DNA from: Candidatus Heimdallarchaeota archaeon
Lineage (GTDB): Archaea; Asgardarchaeota; Heimdallarchaeia; Heimdallarchaeales; Kariarchaeaceae
NCBI GenBank assembly: GCA_015523565.1
Contig: WAKA01000122.1
Span: 1 to 58,938 of the forward strand
Direction: 5' to 3'
Length of the DNA stretch: 58,938 bases
The translations under genes and the position numbers were made by a program. The notes under the pieces were generated by a model. It made no database searches. It was not told the origin of the DNA and saw nothing but the letters and a program-made list of their open reading frames with translations. How positions within the stretch are numbered: position 1 is the stretch's first letter; each line of letters starts with the position of its first letter. Shown piece after piece: positions 45,314-55,493 of the stretch.

Positions 45314-45820
45314 TCAGCTAAGTTTAACTGAGATAATGTCTCTATCACGAAGCAATAACTCCAATATCCTCGCAGGAACTTTCTTGTCAGTAACTATTGT
45401 CATTGTACTTTTCACGGAAAGTTCAGGGTCTTTGGCAAGAAGGAAACGGATAACCAGATCCTCATCCGCAATCAGTTTTGTTGCTTTGGCGGCAATTCCA
45501 ATACTGGAGGAAAATGCTTCGATCTCCATGACTCCTTCAAATCTGTCCTTGTTCATCCTTGCCACATCAGATATGTCAGCTACAGGCTTGAGATGTTCAA
45601 AAACCCGTAATAGGTGGTCATTGTTTCTGATGACCCGAACTGTTTCCTCCACCACTTTTCGATCAACTTTTGTTGCTTTTGCAACTTTGGTTATGGAAAG
45701 GGCAACGGGACCAGCATATATGCCATCAGGTTTCACAGAGAACCCATATTCAAGCATTAATTCAGCCACTTTTAACCTAGACGGGGTATTTTCAAAAGTT
45801 TTTAGGATTTCTTCCCACAT
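45314..45820 (-). CDS. Archaeal HTH+ACT regulator of amino-acid metabolism (COG2150-like)
   Basis: MWEEI...P.RLKVAELMLEYGFSV...AKATKVDRKVV; C-terminal ACT domain with DPEL. Confidence 0.8.
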   Translation of the reverse strand: MWEEILKTFENTPSRLKVAELMLEYGFSVKPDGIYAGPVALSITKVAKATKVDRKVVEETVRVIRNNDHLLRVFEHLKPVADISDVARMNKDRFEGVMEIEAFSSSIGIAAKATKLIADEDLVIRFLLAKDPELSVKSTMTIVTDKKVPARILELLLRDRDIISVKLS

Positions 45821-45926
45821 ATGACAATTTCACCATAATAAAATAAAGGTTTAAAGGTATTTTTTGGGGTGAATACAACAGTAAGAACCATTTTTTGGGA
45901 TTTTTTAAAAAAATAGGGGAGAGAAT

Positions 45927-46154
45927 TTATTCAATCAGCTTGACTTGGCGTTTACCAATGTTCTCCCCAGATACATAGACCAATCCCTGTGTTTCCATTT
46001 TCATTAAGATGCTGTTAAGCTCTCTTGTAGAAATTTCACGATATTTTCGTTTCAATGATTTCTTGAGTTCATCTTCAAACGCAATCCCATGTTGAGCTTT
46101 TAATAGAGCCATTATAGTCGCAATGATGTCGACGGAGGTATAAGTTTCACTCAT
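45927..46154 (-). CDS. Small winged-helix protein
   Basis: DELKKSL...ISTRELNSILMKMETQGLVYV. Confidence 0.65.
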   Translation of the reverse strand: MSETYTSVDIIATIMALLKAQHGIAFEDELKKSLKRKYREISTRELNSILMKMETQGLVYVSGENIGKRQVKLIE

Positions 46155-46284
46155 TAATTGGTGTAGAGTCTTGCAGAATAAAAAATTTGGCGTCACTGAA
46201 CTGATTTAAATGTGTAATCTGGGCTTTATAATAAAGAATTGTTATAAAGGAATTTGACAATGATAACTTGTTAAGGTGCAGGAT

Positions 46285-47772
46285 ATGAGTGAGGAAACTT
46301 ACGTTGACGTTCTGAGGTATTCAAGTAGGAGAACCTTATTGGGATTGAATGTCATATTGTTGATAGCAGGGGCGGTTTTGGCTTCCTTCATTGCTTTTTC
46401 TCTGAGTAATTTGCTGGCTGACAATAATATAGGAGATAATATTCTTTCATTTTTTGTTTTGATGTTGTACTTTTTCATTTTCATCATGATAGTAATGTTT
46501 ATCGAATATTTTTTCTCCATTGGATTATTTTATTCACAGAAAACAAGAATTGCAGGATTTTTGGTTTTCATTGGCATTTCCTTTTCTTTTGGGTTTTCAC
46601 TTGCTTTGATCAAGTATACAGATAAAGTGAATGTTGAATTGGTCTCTACACTTTACTTTCTTTCAACTTTGGCGTCTCTAGGAAATGGTGTATTCTTCCT
46701 TTTGACTGCAAGTGGACCGAAAACGGAAACAGACATCAGAAGAAGGTTTGATGAAATAAAGGAAGAAATTGCTGAAAAGAAAATATCGGACATGAAAATT
46801 GATGAAGCCCTTCGAAGAGCCGAACGTTGGATTATTAATAAGCAAAGAGATGATGGTACGTGGGGAGAAAAAGAGCCTTTATTTGAAACCGCCTCAGTAG
46901 GTAGAATGTTTCTATTGACAAATCGTGGACCAGATTATTCTTGGATTAAAATTGTTGATGGAAATGAAGAAATGCGCACAGTTGAACAGATTTATTACTT
47001 GGTTTTGGAAGCACTTGAAACTGCCTCAATTCAAGAAACCTATCAAAGCCTCCTTCCTGTACTTTTTACGTTAACCGTCAATAATGAAATCATCAACTTT
47101 GATGACATAGCCATTCTTGAACAACGTGCAAAGCTTGCCAATTTCAGTGAGTGGGATTTTGTTAGCCAATTGGAAAAGAAAGAAGCAAAACTTACGAAAG
47201 AAATTCCACCACTAGTTGCATTGGGACCGATTTTCAAATATATGGAAGATTATGAAGGTGCACAAATCGTGGCAGACATTTTGGCAAATACATTCAACAT
47301 TATTATGAATAGGTCTGTCAAAAGATTTGCAAGCATAGAAGACGATACCGAAATCCCCATGCTCATTATTGGTGCATTGTATAATTCATTGGTTGAGTTA
47401 TTGGAAAGAGAACCTTACTCTAAGGCACCTGAAATGTATGGTAATCAACAAAACACATTAGACATGTTGGGAATTTCCCTTCCATCTCAAGGGGGAAAAA
47501 TCAAGGCAGAAGTTCGTTTAGGAAGAGTCAGAGAATACTTAAAGTCAAACCAAGAAATTGATGGATCTTGGGATGGAACCATAACTGCAACAGCGGAATG
47601 CCTTAGGGCAATAGCCCATGGAGACTCAATCGAAAGCAACGAGGTCAAATTTGCAACATATTTCCTTATTGCACAGCAGAAGCCAGACGGTTCATGGAAT
47701 AATGATATAGTGACAACCACACAAGTCATAAAGGCACTTTGGGCAGTCCAGTCAAGAATCATCATTCATTGA
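46285..47772 (+). CDS. 4-TM membrane protein with a C-terminal prenyltransferase/squalene-cyclase-type (QW-repeat) alpha/alpha barrel
   Basis: QW motifs KQRDDGTW, NQEIDGSW and QQKPDGSW; four N-terminal TMs. Confidence 0.7.
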   Translation: MSEETYVDVLRYSSRRTLLGLNVILLIAGAVLASFIAFSLSNLLADNNIGDNILSFFVLMLYFFIFIMIVMFIEYFFSIGLFYSQKTRIAGFLVFIGISFSFGFSLALIKYTDKVNVELVSTLYFLSTLASLGNGVFFLLTASGPKTETDIRRRFDEIKEEIAEKKISDMKIDEALRRAERWIINKQRDDGTWGEKEPLFETASVGRMFLLTNRGPDYSWIKIVDGNEEMRTVEQIYYLVLEALETASIQETYQSLLPVLFTLTVNNEIINFDDIAILEQRAKLANFSEWDFVSQLEKKEAKLTKEIPPLVALGPIFKYMEDYEGAQIVADILANTFNIIMNRSVKRFASIEDDTEIPMLIIGALYNSLVELLEREPYSKAPEMYGNQQNTLDMLGISLPSQGGKIKAEVRLGRVREYLKSNQEIDGSWDGTITATAECLRAIAHGDSIESNEVKFATYFLIAQQKPDGSWNNDIVTTTQVIKALWAVQSRIIIH

Positions 47773-47773
47773 G

Positions 47774-48589
47774 GTGCAGCAATTGCAATTCTTCTGTGAG
47801 CTTTTATTTGCCTCTATCACATTTATTGCATTAACAGTGGGGGCAATTCAAGACATCCTTACAAGATATACAAGTAATAAGATTTGGATAATCCAAGGAG
47901 CCAGTGGTTTTATCCTGCTAATAATTTGTGGCATTATTGAGCCATACACACCGTTGGAACTTATCGGGATTGGGTTAAACATTGCTTTTGCTGTCTTTTT
48001 TGGGTTCTTGTTCCTATTGATTGGGGCTTGGGGGGCAGGTGATACAAAAGCATTGTTTGCCCTAGGCATTTCATCACCAATTGTGTTTTCATTCATCAAA
48101 ATGGAGATTCCCCCACAATTAAGCCTCGTACCTCTCTTCCTGATAATTGCAAATTTTGTTTACGCAATTGCAATACTGATATTTACAAACCTCATATGGA
48201 ATTTGCTTTCTCTAAGAAAATTTGGAAATTGGTTCAAGGAAACGAATGCATCTATTTTTATAAAATTGGTGACTGTTCTTACAGCAGTTCAAATACCTTT
48301 GGACAAGCTCAAAGTAGAATCGTTCTTGGATCCAATAGAAACTTTCAATGAAAAGTGGCATATTGAATTTTCCATTTTCAATGATTACAACCAAGATGAT
48401 GAAATACTTGAGCAACAGGAAAAAAAATTAAGAAAGGATATCAGGGAGAAAGCAGACGAAACAGGCAGGAAATATATTTGGGTAAGACCACAAATTCCAG
48501 GACTTGTGATTTTCTGGCTTTCATACATAATCTGGATATTTTTTGGTTCTGCAGGTGTAACCATCATCTCATGGGTTATTGGGATTTGA
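47774..48589 (+). CDS. Prepilin/prearchaellin peptidase (A24, FlaK/PibD-like)
   Basis: Catalytic AIQDILTR and WGAGDTKAL (GxGD); C-terminal IWVRPQIPGL of archaeal A24B type. Confidence 0.88.
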   Translation: MQQLQFFCELLFASITFIALTVGAIQDILTRYTSNKIWIIQGASGFILLIICGIIEPYTPLELIGIGLNIAFAVFFGFLFLLIGAWGAGDTKALFALGISSPIVFSFIKMEIPPQLSLVPLFLIIANFVYAIAILIFTNLIWNLLSLRKFGNWFKETNASIFIKLVTVLTAVQIPLDKLKVESFLDPIETFNEKWHIEFSIFNDYNQDDEILEQQEKKLRKDIREKADETGRKYIWVRPQIPGLVIFWLSYIIWIFFGSAGVTIISWVIGI

Positions 48590-48658
48590 CATATTTTATT
48601 TTCATTATTTAGAAATTAACCTAAAAATGTTTTAATACAAATCTTAGCTAACAAAAAC

Positions 48659-51133
48659 ATGCAGGACTTCAGTGTTTTGAGAACTGCAAATGTAATTTTT
48701 CTAAGCCTACTACTTGCATTTCCATTAGGTTTCCTTGCAGGTTTGAGAGGCGTGGATGATGTAAGACCCACTGTAACATACAATGGACTAATTGGAAAAG
48801 TGGAAGTATATCGGGATCAAAACAATATACCAGCAATACTTGCTGACAATGTTGAAGACATGTTATATGCGCAGGGGTATGAATTCGCAAGGGATAGGTT
48901 GTTCCAGTTGGAATTCTACAGGTCAATAATAAATGGTGAACTTTCAAGACTTTTTGGAAGGGCAACAATTGAGGCAGATATGTTTCTCAGAACAATTGGA
49001 TTGAAAAGGGCGGCAATTAGAGAGACTAAACAAGCTGATCAAAATTTAGTGAATCTAGTATCTGCTTATGTCCAAGGCATTAACGATTTCATAGATTCCC
49101 ATTTGAACAATTTACCATTGGAATTTCAACTCTTGGGGGTCAATCCAAAGCATTGGACAGTAGAGGATTCCTTTGGAGTTCATGGAATACTTTCATATAA
49201 TTTTGCATTTGGAGGGCTCTGGAATGAGATTGTGCGATATGAGGTTATCAAAAAGGTGGGAACAGAAAAATCATTGGAATTGCTTCCTGTACAGTTTGAA
49301 CCTGCAAAGGAATATATAAGGAATTATGATGAAAGCATTGATATTTTTGGTTCGGGTACATTGCAATTGGCACAGAAGGAAAATGAAGATACGATTTTGG
49401 GATACAACATTCCAGATTTTCTAAAGGATATACTAATGCCAAAACTACCAAAATTCGCATCAAACAATTGGGTGATCTCAGGTGCAAAAACAAAGTATGG
49501 CAAGCCAATTTTAGCAAATGATCCACACTTAGGCCTTTCTGTACCAGGACTTTGGTATTTTGTCACATTGATTGCCAGAAAGGATAACATTCATTTGCAA
49601 GGATATACCATCCCAGGATTGCCGTTTATTGGTCTTGGACATAATCAATATATGGCTTGGGGAGCCACCGCGGCAATAGCGGATTCTGTGGACACCTTTT
49701 ATCTCAAGACAAATGGAGAAAAATATCTAGTGAACAAGACGATTTGGAAGGATTTCAAATATGAAAAACACCAGATACCAGTGAATGGACAAAACCCAAT
49801 TGACTTTACTGTTAAACTAACAGATTTTGGACCGATGATAAATGTAACCATCAATGGAAAGGAAGGCCAACTTGCCTTAAAATGGACATTTTTGGAAGAT
49901 GACCCACGAAACCAGCCATTCAAGGGAATTTACTCATTTATTAGGGCAAAGTCTGTTGATGAGTTTCATGAAGCCCTGAAATATTTGACAGTGCCTGGGT
50001 TTAATTGGGTGTTTGCAGATACGGATGGAAATATTGGTTTACAGCTTAATGCGCAGGTACCAATAAGGACACAGGGATATGGTCTTTTACCTCAAAACGG
50101 ATCATCAGGCAAATCGTTTTGGAATGGATCAATTCCATATGAAATGCAGTACTATGTGAAAAACCCACCTCAAAACTTTCTTTATTCCGCAAACGAAAGA
50201 GTAGATAAAAGAAACCAATTTTATTATTCAGAAACATTTGCTTTGGGATATCGGGCACGAAGAATATCACAAGTGATCGAGAATGGAACAGATTTTTTTG
50301 GGGACAAAGACAATTGGGATCTGCATATGACACAAAAGCTTCAGGCAGACGTAAAAAATTTGGTGGCAGAAGATCTACTTGACCCAATAATTCAAGATCT
50401 TTCAAATCTTGACTTCAACGGATTTGAAAATGCAGGATATTTAAGAAGAGCAGTGAGGCTTCTTGAGAAATGGGATAAAAGAATGGGTGTTAATTCGGTT
50501 GAAGGACTGATATTTACAACATTTACGCTATTTTTTGTCAAAGCAACATTTGAAGATGAACTGGGATGGGAAATGACAAGAAAAATGCAATATCCAAGCA
50601 TAGGAGCAATTGCAAGATTTCTAAATCAAAAACAGAATCTTAACTGGTTTGACAATATCAATACTGCGAAAAATGAATCTGTAATTGACACCGCTGTTGA
50701 GGCTTTAAAACAGTCAATTTCATATCTTATCAATAGCTTTGGTTCCGAAATGGACTCATGGAAATGGGGAAGGGCCCATATAATGAGATTTGAACATCCC
50801 ATGTCCAGTGTCCTCCCATTTTTGGATATCGGGAATGAGGGAATGAATGGAACCTCTTTAACAATCAATGCACTTGAAGGCCCTTGGTTTAGAGCAGACG
50901 GTACAATCAGGTATAATTTTGCATATGGTCCATCAATGCATTTCACAGTTGTCGTTGAAAATAAATGGGGTAATATAGAAATCAATTATCCTCCGGGTGT
51001 GTCAGGAAATATTGGATCAAAGAACTACGACAACCTATACGAAATGTGGAGAGATTTCAAATACTTCTCCCCACCTTTCAATGAAGAGGACATACGCAAT
51101 AACTACAGTTTGGAGGTGGTATATACCAAATGA
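48659..51133 (+). CDS. Penicillin acylase family (peptidase S45, Ntn hydrolase), N-terminally anchored
   Basis: YRD...AQGY..ARDRLFQLE, SNNW (Ser nucleophile), ILANDPHL, GHN..AWG.T and ADTDGNIG. Confidence 0.92.
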   Translation: MQDFSVLRTANVIFLSLLLAFPLGFLAGLRGVDDVRPTVTYNGLIGKVEVYRDQNNIPAILADNVEDMLYAQGYEFARDRLFQLEFYRSIINGELSRLFGRATIEADMFLRTIGLKRAAIRETKQADQNLVNLVSAYVQGINDFIDSHLNNLPLEFQLLGVNPKHWTVEDSFGVHGILSYNFAFGGLWNEIVRYEVIKKVGTEKSLELLPVQFEPAKEYIRNYDESIDIFGSGTLQLAQKENEDTILGYNIPDFLKDILMPKLPKFASNNWVISGAKTKYGKPILANDPHLGLSVPGLWYFVTLIARKDNIHLQGYTIPGLPFIGLGHNQYMAWGATAAIADSVDTFYLKTNGEKYLVNKTIWKDFKYEKHQIPVNGQNPIDFTVKLTDFGPMINVTINGKEGQLALKWTFLEDDPRNQPFKGIYSFIRAKSVDEFHEALKYLTVPGFNWVFADTDGNIGLQLNAQVPIRTQGYGLLPQNGSSGKSFWNGSIPYEMQYYVKNPPQNFLYSANERVDKRNQFYYSETFALGYRARRISQVIENGTDFFGDKDNWDLHMTQKLQADVKNLVAEDLLDPIIQDLSNLDFNGFENAGYLRRAVRLLEKWDKRMGVNSVEGLIFTTFTLFFVKATFEDELGWEMTRKMQYPSIGAIARFLNQKQNLNWFDNINTAKNESVIDTAVEALKQSISYLINSFGSEMDSWKWGRAHIMRFEHPMSSVLPFLDIGNEGMNGTSLTINALEGPWFRADGTIRYNFAYGPSMHFTVVVENKWGNIEINYPPGVSGNIGSKNYDNLYEMWRDFKYFSPPFNEEDIRNNYSLEVVYTK

Positions 51134-51552
51134 AAACAGGAACAAAGGTTTCAGTTACTTTACAGGGATTGGTACTTGCTGTGCTGGGAATTCTCGCAAC
51201 ACAAATGAAATTTCAGAATTTCATTGGGGTATTTTATTATCTGGGAATAGGTGTTGGAATTATAGGGACAATAATTAAAGCAAATGAAATGCAAGGAATA
51301 CAACGAACCATGACAAGCAACCCTATTGTTGCATTGGGATTAGCCCTTGGATTTTTTGGAGCAAACACATTAGCGCCATTTAAGATTACACGTATTCCAT
51401 TTGCATTCCATATTTTCATATTCTTCCTGATTGCCTTTTATTCGTTGATGGATCTTATCTTCTTAAAATTGAAAAGAAGAGAGATTATTACTCTTTATTT
51501 TTCATTATTGACAATTGACCTGCTTATAATTCTTGCAATAATAAATCACTGA
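51130..51552 (+). CDS. Hypothetical membrane protein
   Basis: About 5 hydrophobic segments; ATGA overlap with the acylase gene and SD GGAGGTGG. Confidence 0.6.
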   Translation: MKTGTKVSVTLQGLVLAVLGILATQMKFQNFIGVFYYLGIGVGIIGTIIKANEMQGIQRTMTSNPIVALGLALGFFGANTLAPFKITRIPFAFHIFIFFLIAFYSLMDLIFLKLKRREIITLYFSLLTIDLLIILAIINH

Positions 51553-51613
51553 ACCCTATTTTATGTTGTGAACAATTCCATAATTTTATCAATCTACTTT
51601 TTTCCATATTATC

Positions 51614-53089
51614 ATGGAATTTGTCCCCTCTGTTGATTTGTTTAAATTTCGAGGAATTGAAACAATGGGGACAACCACAGATAGACTTTATAAAATCAAT
51701 GTATCCCCAGAAGAAGTGCAAAAAATCCCGAATTTATTGATGAAGTTGGGAAACAAAGTGTATTTATCCTTGACAAACGGGAAATCAGACAGTTATAATA
51801 TCCAAGAACTAATTAACCGGCATCATGATATTATGGATCTTTGTAAAGTCAAACCAAGGTATATTGAATTAAAATATCCGTATGATACCTCCTTGTTAGA
51901 GAAAATTCCAGAAGGGACAACCCCTATAATTTGTTTTGAGGATCTGGAAGGAACCGCAAAGATTGACTTCCACATGATCATCAAATTGGCAAAAAAATAT
52001 CCTAATGCAGTCTTTAAGATTTTGGCATCCCCAGAAACAATTATTGAATTGAATCTCCTGATTAGATGGGGAAAGCAATTGACAGAAAATGAAATTAAGC
52101 ATGTCATTCTCTGCAATGGAAGGTTTGAATCATTAACCCCCTATTTATACGAAAAATTTGGAAACCTATTTTTGGAACTTAAGGAAACGCCATACCATGA
52201 TAAGAAATTAGATCCACGGATACATAGTACCCTTGAAAGGATTATTCAACAATTCCAAGAAGAAAACAGTTTTTCAAAGCATGAAATACCATTTGTACAA
52301 CAATTAGTTCAACAAACGGCACCCTTAACACCAAAAATAGCAATCCTTGGCAAAGAGAATCTTGCATTCATTGAAAAAGACATCTTTGATCTTCTCAACA
52401 AGTATTCGAGAAGAGTTACAGGTTCAGTCTATTTGCCTGTCAAATCAGTTGAAGAAACAAATATTTTCATTACAGGCATAGGAAAACAACTATTTAACGG
52501 GTTTTCATTTGTAGGGTTGGAAACAAAAAAAATTGAAGGAATAGATCAATATGACTTGTCCTCTGCAAGAACAGGTGTAACAAGTTTTTTGCTGAAAAGG
52601 GAAACAGAGCTAGTTAGTTTCGACACATATGAAATAATTATGCAAAGCATATTCAATGAAATTAAGGACATGGAAATTGTTAACATATATATTGAAGGTA
52701 TTCATCCAATGCTGTTCTCAATATTGCCGACCATTTATAATCAGGCAAACATGATAAAAATAAGAAACAGGACAAAGACAAAAATTGAAAAAGTAAAGAA
52801 CTACTTTTCAAAAGTTGAACCAGTTGCATCTAAGGAACAATTTAGTTATGACATAATAATTAATTTTGTCCCCTTTGGAACAAAAGGTCTTCCAAATATG
52901 TTGCCATTTCCAAAGAAATTGCTGGAAAATGCAAGGTTGGTGATAGACACAACTGTTTCACCAGTACAGACACCCATTGAAAAAGCAATAAAAAAATATA
53001 ATGCAGTATATTATAACGGTCTTGATATTTTGGCAAGGAAGGCATATGTTGAAGAACAACTAATCAACACAAACATTTTTTCGGAATAA
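51614..53089 (+). CDS. Degenerate type I 3-dehydroquinase / shikimate dehydrogenase (AroD-AroE) fusion-like protein
   Basis: The C-terminal half keeps IRNRT, YDIIINFVPFG, VIDTTVSPVQTP and NGLDIL. The N-terminal half shows YIELK, IICFEDLEGT and VFKIL, which resemble DHQase I. Confidence 0.65.
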   Translation: MEFVPSVDLFKFRGIETMGTTTDRLYKINVSPEEVQKIPNLLMKLGNKVYLSLTNGKSDSYNIQELINRHHDIMDLCKVKPRYIELKYPYDTSLLEKIPEGTTPIICFEDLEGTAKIDFHMIIKLAKKYPNAVFKILASPETIIELNLLIRWGKQLTENEIKHVILCNGRFESLTPYLYEKFGNLFLELKETPYHDKKLDPRIHSTLERIIQQFQEENSFSKHEIPFVQQLVQQTAPLTPKIAILGKENLAFIEKDIFDLLNKYSRRVTGSVYLPVKSVEETNIFITGIGKQLFNGFSFVGLETKKIEGIDQYDLSSARTGVTSFLLKRETELVSFDTYEIIMQSIFNEIKDMEIVNIYIEGIHPMLFSILPTIYNQANMIKIRNRTKTKIEKVKNYFSKVEPVASKEQFSYDIIINFVPFGTKGLPNMLPFPKKLLENARLVIDTTVSPVQTPIEKAIKKYNAVYYNGLDILARKAYVEEQLINTNIFSE

Positions 53090-53162
53090 AAAAGAATGTT
53101 TTTTCATTCTGTGAACCATTACAATGCAAAAGATAAAAAAAAATGCCTTTCTTTCTCAGTTC

Positions 53163-54521
53163 ATGAATGATGTTGATGTTGCAATAGTCGGTGGTGGTCC
53201 TTCGGGAGTAGTCGCTGCAATTACTATAGCAAAAGCAGGATACAAAGTTGCCATTCTAGATAAAAAACAAAGAAATAAGATCGGAAATAAAAGCTGTGGC
53301 GACGCCTTGGATAAAGTGGCCCCTGAAATCATGAAAAAGGAGTTGGGAATTGAATTTCCTCACGGAAAAGAACTTCCAACCCCCTTGGATCACCTGACTT
53401 TCGCATCACTTTCATTGAAAAATAAGCTTACTGCACATACACCCGCGTTTATAGTTCACAGACTTCATTATGGTCAAAGACTATTGAAAGAGGCAGAACA
53501 GGCAGGGGCAGAAATCATTGCAAATGCAAAAGTAAGGGATATAATTGTTGAAAACAATCAAATTGTCGGGCTGAAATACTACAATGAAAATGGAATAAAT
53601 GAGATTAGGGCAAAAATTGTCATTGATGCATCAGGATTTGTGGGTGTTGTCAGAAAGATGATTCCAGATCAGATGAAAAATGGGATTGTCTATGAAGTGC
53701 CACCAGAACATACCGTGGCAACATACCGTGAAATTATAAGATTGGAGAAACCCCATGATTTTCAGAAAGAAATAGTTCTTTTGTACCATGAAAAGATTCC
53801 AATTCCAGGATATGCATGGATATTCACAGATGGTGAATATCAACTTAATATTGGAGTTACATGGCCAAAGCACATCCCCTATCCACAAAACAAATCACTC
53901 AAGGACATTTACCATGAAATCCTTGATCCAATGATTGACCCCGCCAGCTACACCGTTAAGCATAAAGGTGGCGGACAGATACCAATAAGACCACCATTTG
54001 ATTCCTTAGTCTTTAATGGGGCTATGTTGGTTGGCGAAGCGGGATGTTTAGTTGACCCAACAACAGCAGAAGGTCATGGACCATCATTGCTATCGGGATA
54101 TAAAGCAGGCAAGGCTGCGATCAAAGCACTTGAAATTGGAGATTTTACTGTCAATGGATTATGGTCTTATAATAAGGACATCATGACATATCCAGGTTCG
54201 ACCCATGCAATGAGTTATCAGGCATTGCAATATCTTAAATCGGTTGGACCAAAAGGTATGGCTTTTTTCCTGAAAAGAAAGATTGTATCTGAAGAGGACT
54301 TGATTGAGATATTTAGGACACGTGAATTTGAATTCACATTGGCAAGAAAAATTAGAAAAGTCTTGCAGGCATTTCCAAGATTTGATTACATGCTTAAGCT
54401 GAAAAAAACAATTCAAAAGGTCGAGTATGCAGACCAACTATACAAATCGTATCCAGAAACACCAGATGGTCTTCAAAAATGGATGGATATAAGGAAAAAA
54501 ACATTGACAGACGATTACTAA
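53163..54521 (+). CDS. Geranylgeranyl reductase family FAD-dependent oxidoreductase
   Basis: DVAIVGGGPSG, KSCGDA, VIDASG, GYAWIF and LVGEAG..VDPTTAEG. Confidence 0.88.
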   Translation: MNDVDVAIVGGGPSGVVAAITIAKAGYKVAILDKKQRNKIGNKSCGDALDKVAPEIMKKELGIEFPHGKELPTPLDHLTFASLSLKNKLTAHTPAFIVHRLHYGQRLLKEAEQAGAEIIANAKVRDIIVENNQIVGLKYYNENGINEIRAKIVIDASGFVGVVRKMIPDQMKNGIVYEVPPEHTVATYREIIRLEKPHDFQKEIVLLYHEKIPIPGYAWIFTDGEYQLNIGVTWPKHIPYPQNKSLKDIYHEILDPMIDPASYTVKHKGGGQIPIRPPFDSLVFNGAMLVGEAGCLVDPTTAEGHGPSLLSGYKAGKAAIKALEIGDFTVNGLWSYNKDIMTYPGSTHAMSYQALQYLKSVGPKGMAFFLKRKIVSEEDLIEIFRTREFEFTLARKIRKVLQAFPRFDYMLKLKKTIQKVEYADQLYKSYPETPDGLQKWMDIRKKTLTDDY

Positions 54522-54578
54522 GAGGGGGATATTTTATTTTCCCATATTATTATATGCCCCAATGAGTAATTCTAAATT

Positions 54579-55490
54579 ATGAAAAGAATGTTTGCACTTT
54601 CTCTATTGCTTGTTCTGGCAATAATTATCCCAACTCCATCAATAGCCCAAGAAAAAGTGCTGTCCATAAAAACACCAGAATATTATTTTATTGTGACAAA
54701 GAGTGGTGACGAATATCTAACATCATTAACAATCCTTAACAGAAGCCTTGAAATGAAAGGGAAAATATTTGAGCAGACATTGTCATATCTCGTAGAGGAA
54801 TTGGTCAATAGTGTACCAGATAATTTTGGTACAGGTGAGGGAGACATTTCCATAGATGTAAACTTCAAAACAACATCTTTAACAGGTAATTTGAATTCGT
54901 CTAATCCAAGTCACTCAAACGCGATTGAAATTGTGGAAAACCTTCTAAAGAGATATAATGGGAAATATTACGGCAACCCAAGTCTCTGGATTACAGATTA
55001 TAAAATGACCGTTTTGGAATCCTATCCAGAACAATTTCATTTCGAGGCAATTGTTCAGCGTTATGCAGACCTTTTGGCAGTTGTCTATGATTTCAAGGTC
55101 TATGTATTTGCTTGGAACAAAAACAACGTCACACAAGCAATTGGAAACAAATCAATGCCAGATCCACAAGATGCCGTATTTTCGGATTATGTCATGGAAA
55201 ATATCCCCTCAGGTGGAGGATATGTACAGATAACATTTCCAACTTTTTCATTGAGTTCAGACACAAAAGATACAGTTTTTGCGTTTGTAGTGGATAAATC
55301 TGGTGTATTTTTGGTAATTGATAAAAATGAAACATATGGCGGCATATTCAATGGTTCATTGCCTGAAACAGTTAAATCAACTATTACACAAGGTACTTCT
55401 GTCCAGAACGCAAATTTCCTTTCGGTATCAAGCATTTTTGCACTAATTCCACTGATATTGATTAGAAAAAGAACCAAACTCAATGGATGA
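54579..55490 (+). CDS. Secreted protein with a C-terminal hydrophobic-plus-basic anchor
   Basis: Signal peptide ending SIA-QE; C-terminus NANFLSVSSIFALIPLILIRKRTK. Confidence 0.6.
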   Translation: MKRMFALSLLLVLAIIIPTPSIAQEKVLSIKTPEYYFIVTKSGDEYLTSLTILNRSLEMKGKIFEQTLSYLVEELVNSVPDNFGTGEGDISIDVNFKTTSLTGNLNSSNPSHSNAIEIVENLLKRYNGKYYGNPSLWITDYKMTVLESYPEQFHFEAIVQRYADLLAVVYDFKVYVFAWNKNNVTQAIGNKSMPDPQDAVFSDYVMENIPSGGGYVQITFPTFSLSSDTKDTVFAFVVDKSGVFLVIDKNETYGGIFNGSLPETVKSTITQGTSVQNANFLSVSSIFALIPLILIRKRTKLNG

Positions 55491-55493
55491 AGG

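Noticed and set aside
45303-45824. 173-aa plus-strand ORF, and other antisense ORFs such as 22314..22892, 8283..8813 and 9152..9688
   Set aside because: These are shadows of well-supported genes on the opposite strand and have no recognisable motifs.
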